64,000 nt of DNA. It comes from Sphyrna mokarran (Eukaryota). The stretch covers positions 6,820,001 to 6,884,000 of the forward strand of contig JAGIQG010000040.1 of the NCBI GenBank assembly GCA_024679065.1, read 5' to 3'. Shown here one piece after another: positions 63,487 through 64,000 of this stretch; the first letter of the stretch is position 1; each line of letters starts with the position of its first letter. The notes beneath the pieces were generated by a model. That model worked only from the letters and a program-made list of their open reading frames with translations. It made no database searches and had not been told where the DNA came from. Position numbers and translations under genes: made by a program.

Positions 63487-63786
63487 AAATCATAGTATTT
63501 CTCAGAGAACCCTCACTTGAAGAAATTTGGATAAAGAAAACTGTCACGCTCATTTGTGAAGCGGTATCCACAGTTCCCAGTGTGGTTGGGATCTCTTGGA
63601 CAGTGGATGGTAAGAAAAGGACCGAAGGTGTTCAAACTGAAGGACCTCAACAAGGAAACAAGTATCTGACCATTAGCCGCTTGACCAGCAGTGTGGAGGA
63701 GTGGGATCGTGGGGCTGAATACAGCTGTTCAGCACAACAGAGCGAATCATCGACTTCAGTCTCAAAACGAACACGAAAGTTAAAAG
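63487..63786 (+). CDS. IgNAR: IgNAR C2 exon
   Basis: EIIVFLREPSLEEIWIKKTVTLICE...YLTISRLTSSVEEWDRGAEYSCSA...KRTRKLK; AG/GT phase-1 boundaries. Confidence 0.95.
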
Positions 63787-63874
63787 GTGAGTTATAGCAC
63801 GATGAGCAAACACAATCATTCTTTTCTTAATGACAATGGAGAGATGGAAATCACTGGTTATTATTCTGTTGCAG

Positions 63875-64000
63875 TCAAGCTATCGAAGCCCAATCTCCAA
63901 CTCCTGCCTCCATCAGCAGAGGAGCTTCAAAGTTCCAGCGTCGCTACTCTCACTTGTTTGATAAGAGGATTCTACCCGGACAAAATATCCATTTCCTGGG
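63875..64000 (+). CDS. IgNAR: IgNAR C3 exon (partial, runs off the window)
   Basis: After an 88-bp intron: VKLSKPNLQLLPPSAEELQSSSVATLTCLIRGFYPDKISISW. Confidence 0.93.

Overview
Repeat-rich cartilaginous-fish (shark) genomic DNA. The 3' quarter holds a germline IgNAR (heavy-chain-only antibody) cluster on the + strand: octamer/TATA promoter, leader, VNAR, four RSS-flanked D segments (three is the usual number), one J, then C1, C2 and the start of C3, which runs off the window. The first ~13 kb is a C2H2 zinc-finger gene/pseudogene cluster. Between them lie a decayed endogenous retrovirus (PBS, pro, pol/IN, env, PPT), many CR1 LINEs (including a young, nearly intact subfamily), V-SINE/HE1-like SINEs, Rex1 and L2 fragments, and Penelope-like elements with hammerhead motifs. 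There is also a ~1.25-kb non-coding element whose 3' end abuts 28S rRNA sequence exactly at the R2 retrotransposon target site and whose 5' end keeps the 3' half of an R2-type HDV-like ribozyme; it is a candidate non-autonomous R2 derivative stranded outside the rDNA. All calls were made by eye without database searches. Ig and R2 coordinates were counted base by base; most repeat boundaries are approximate.
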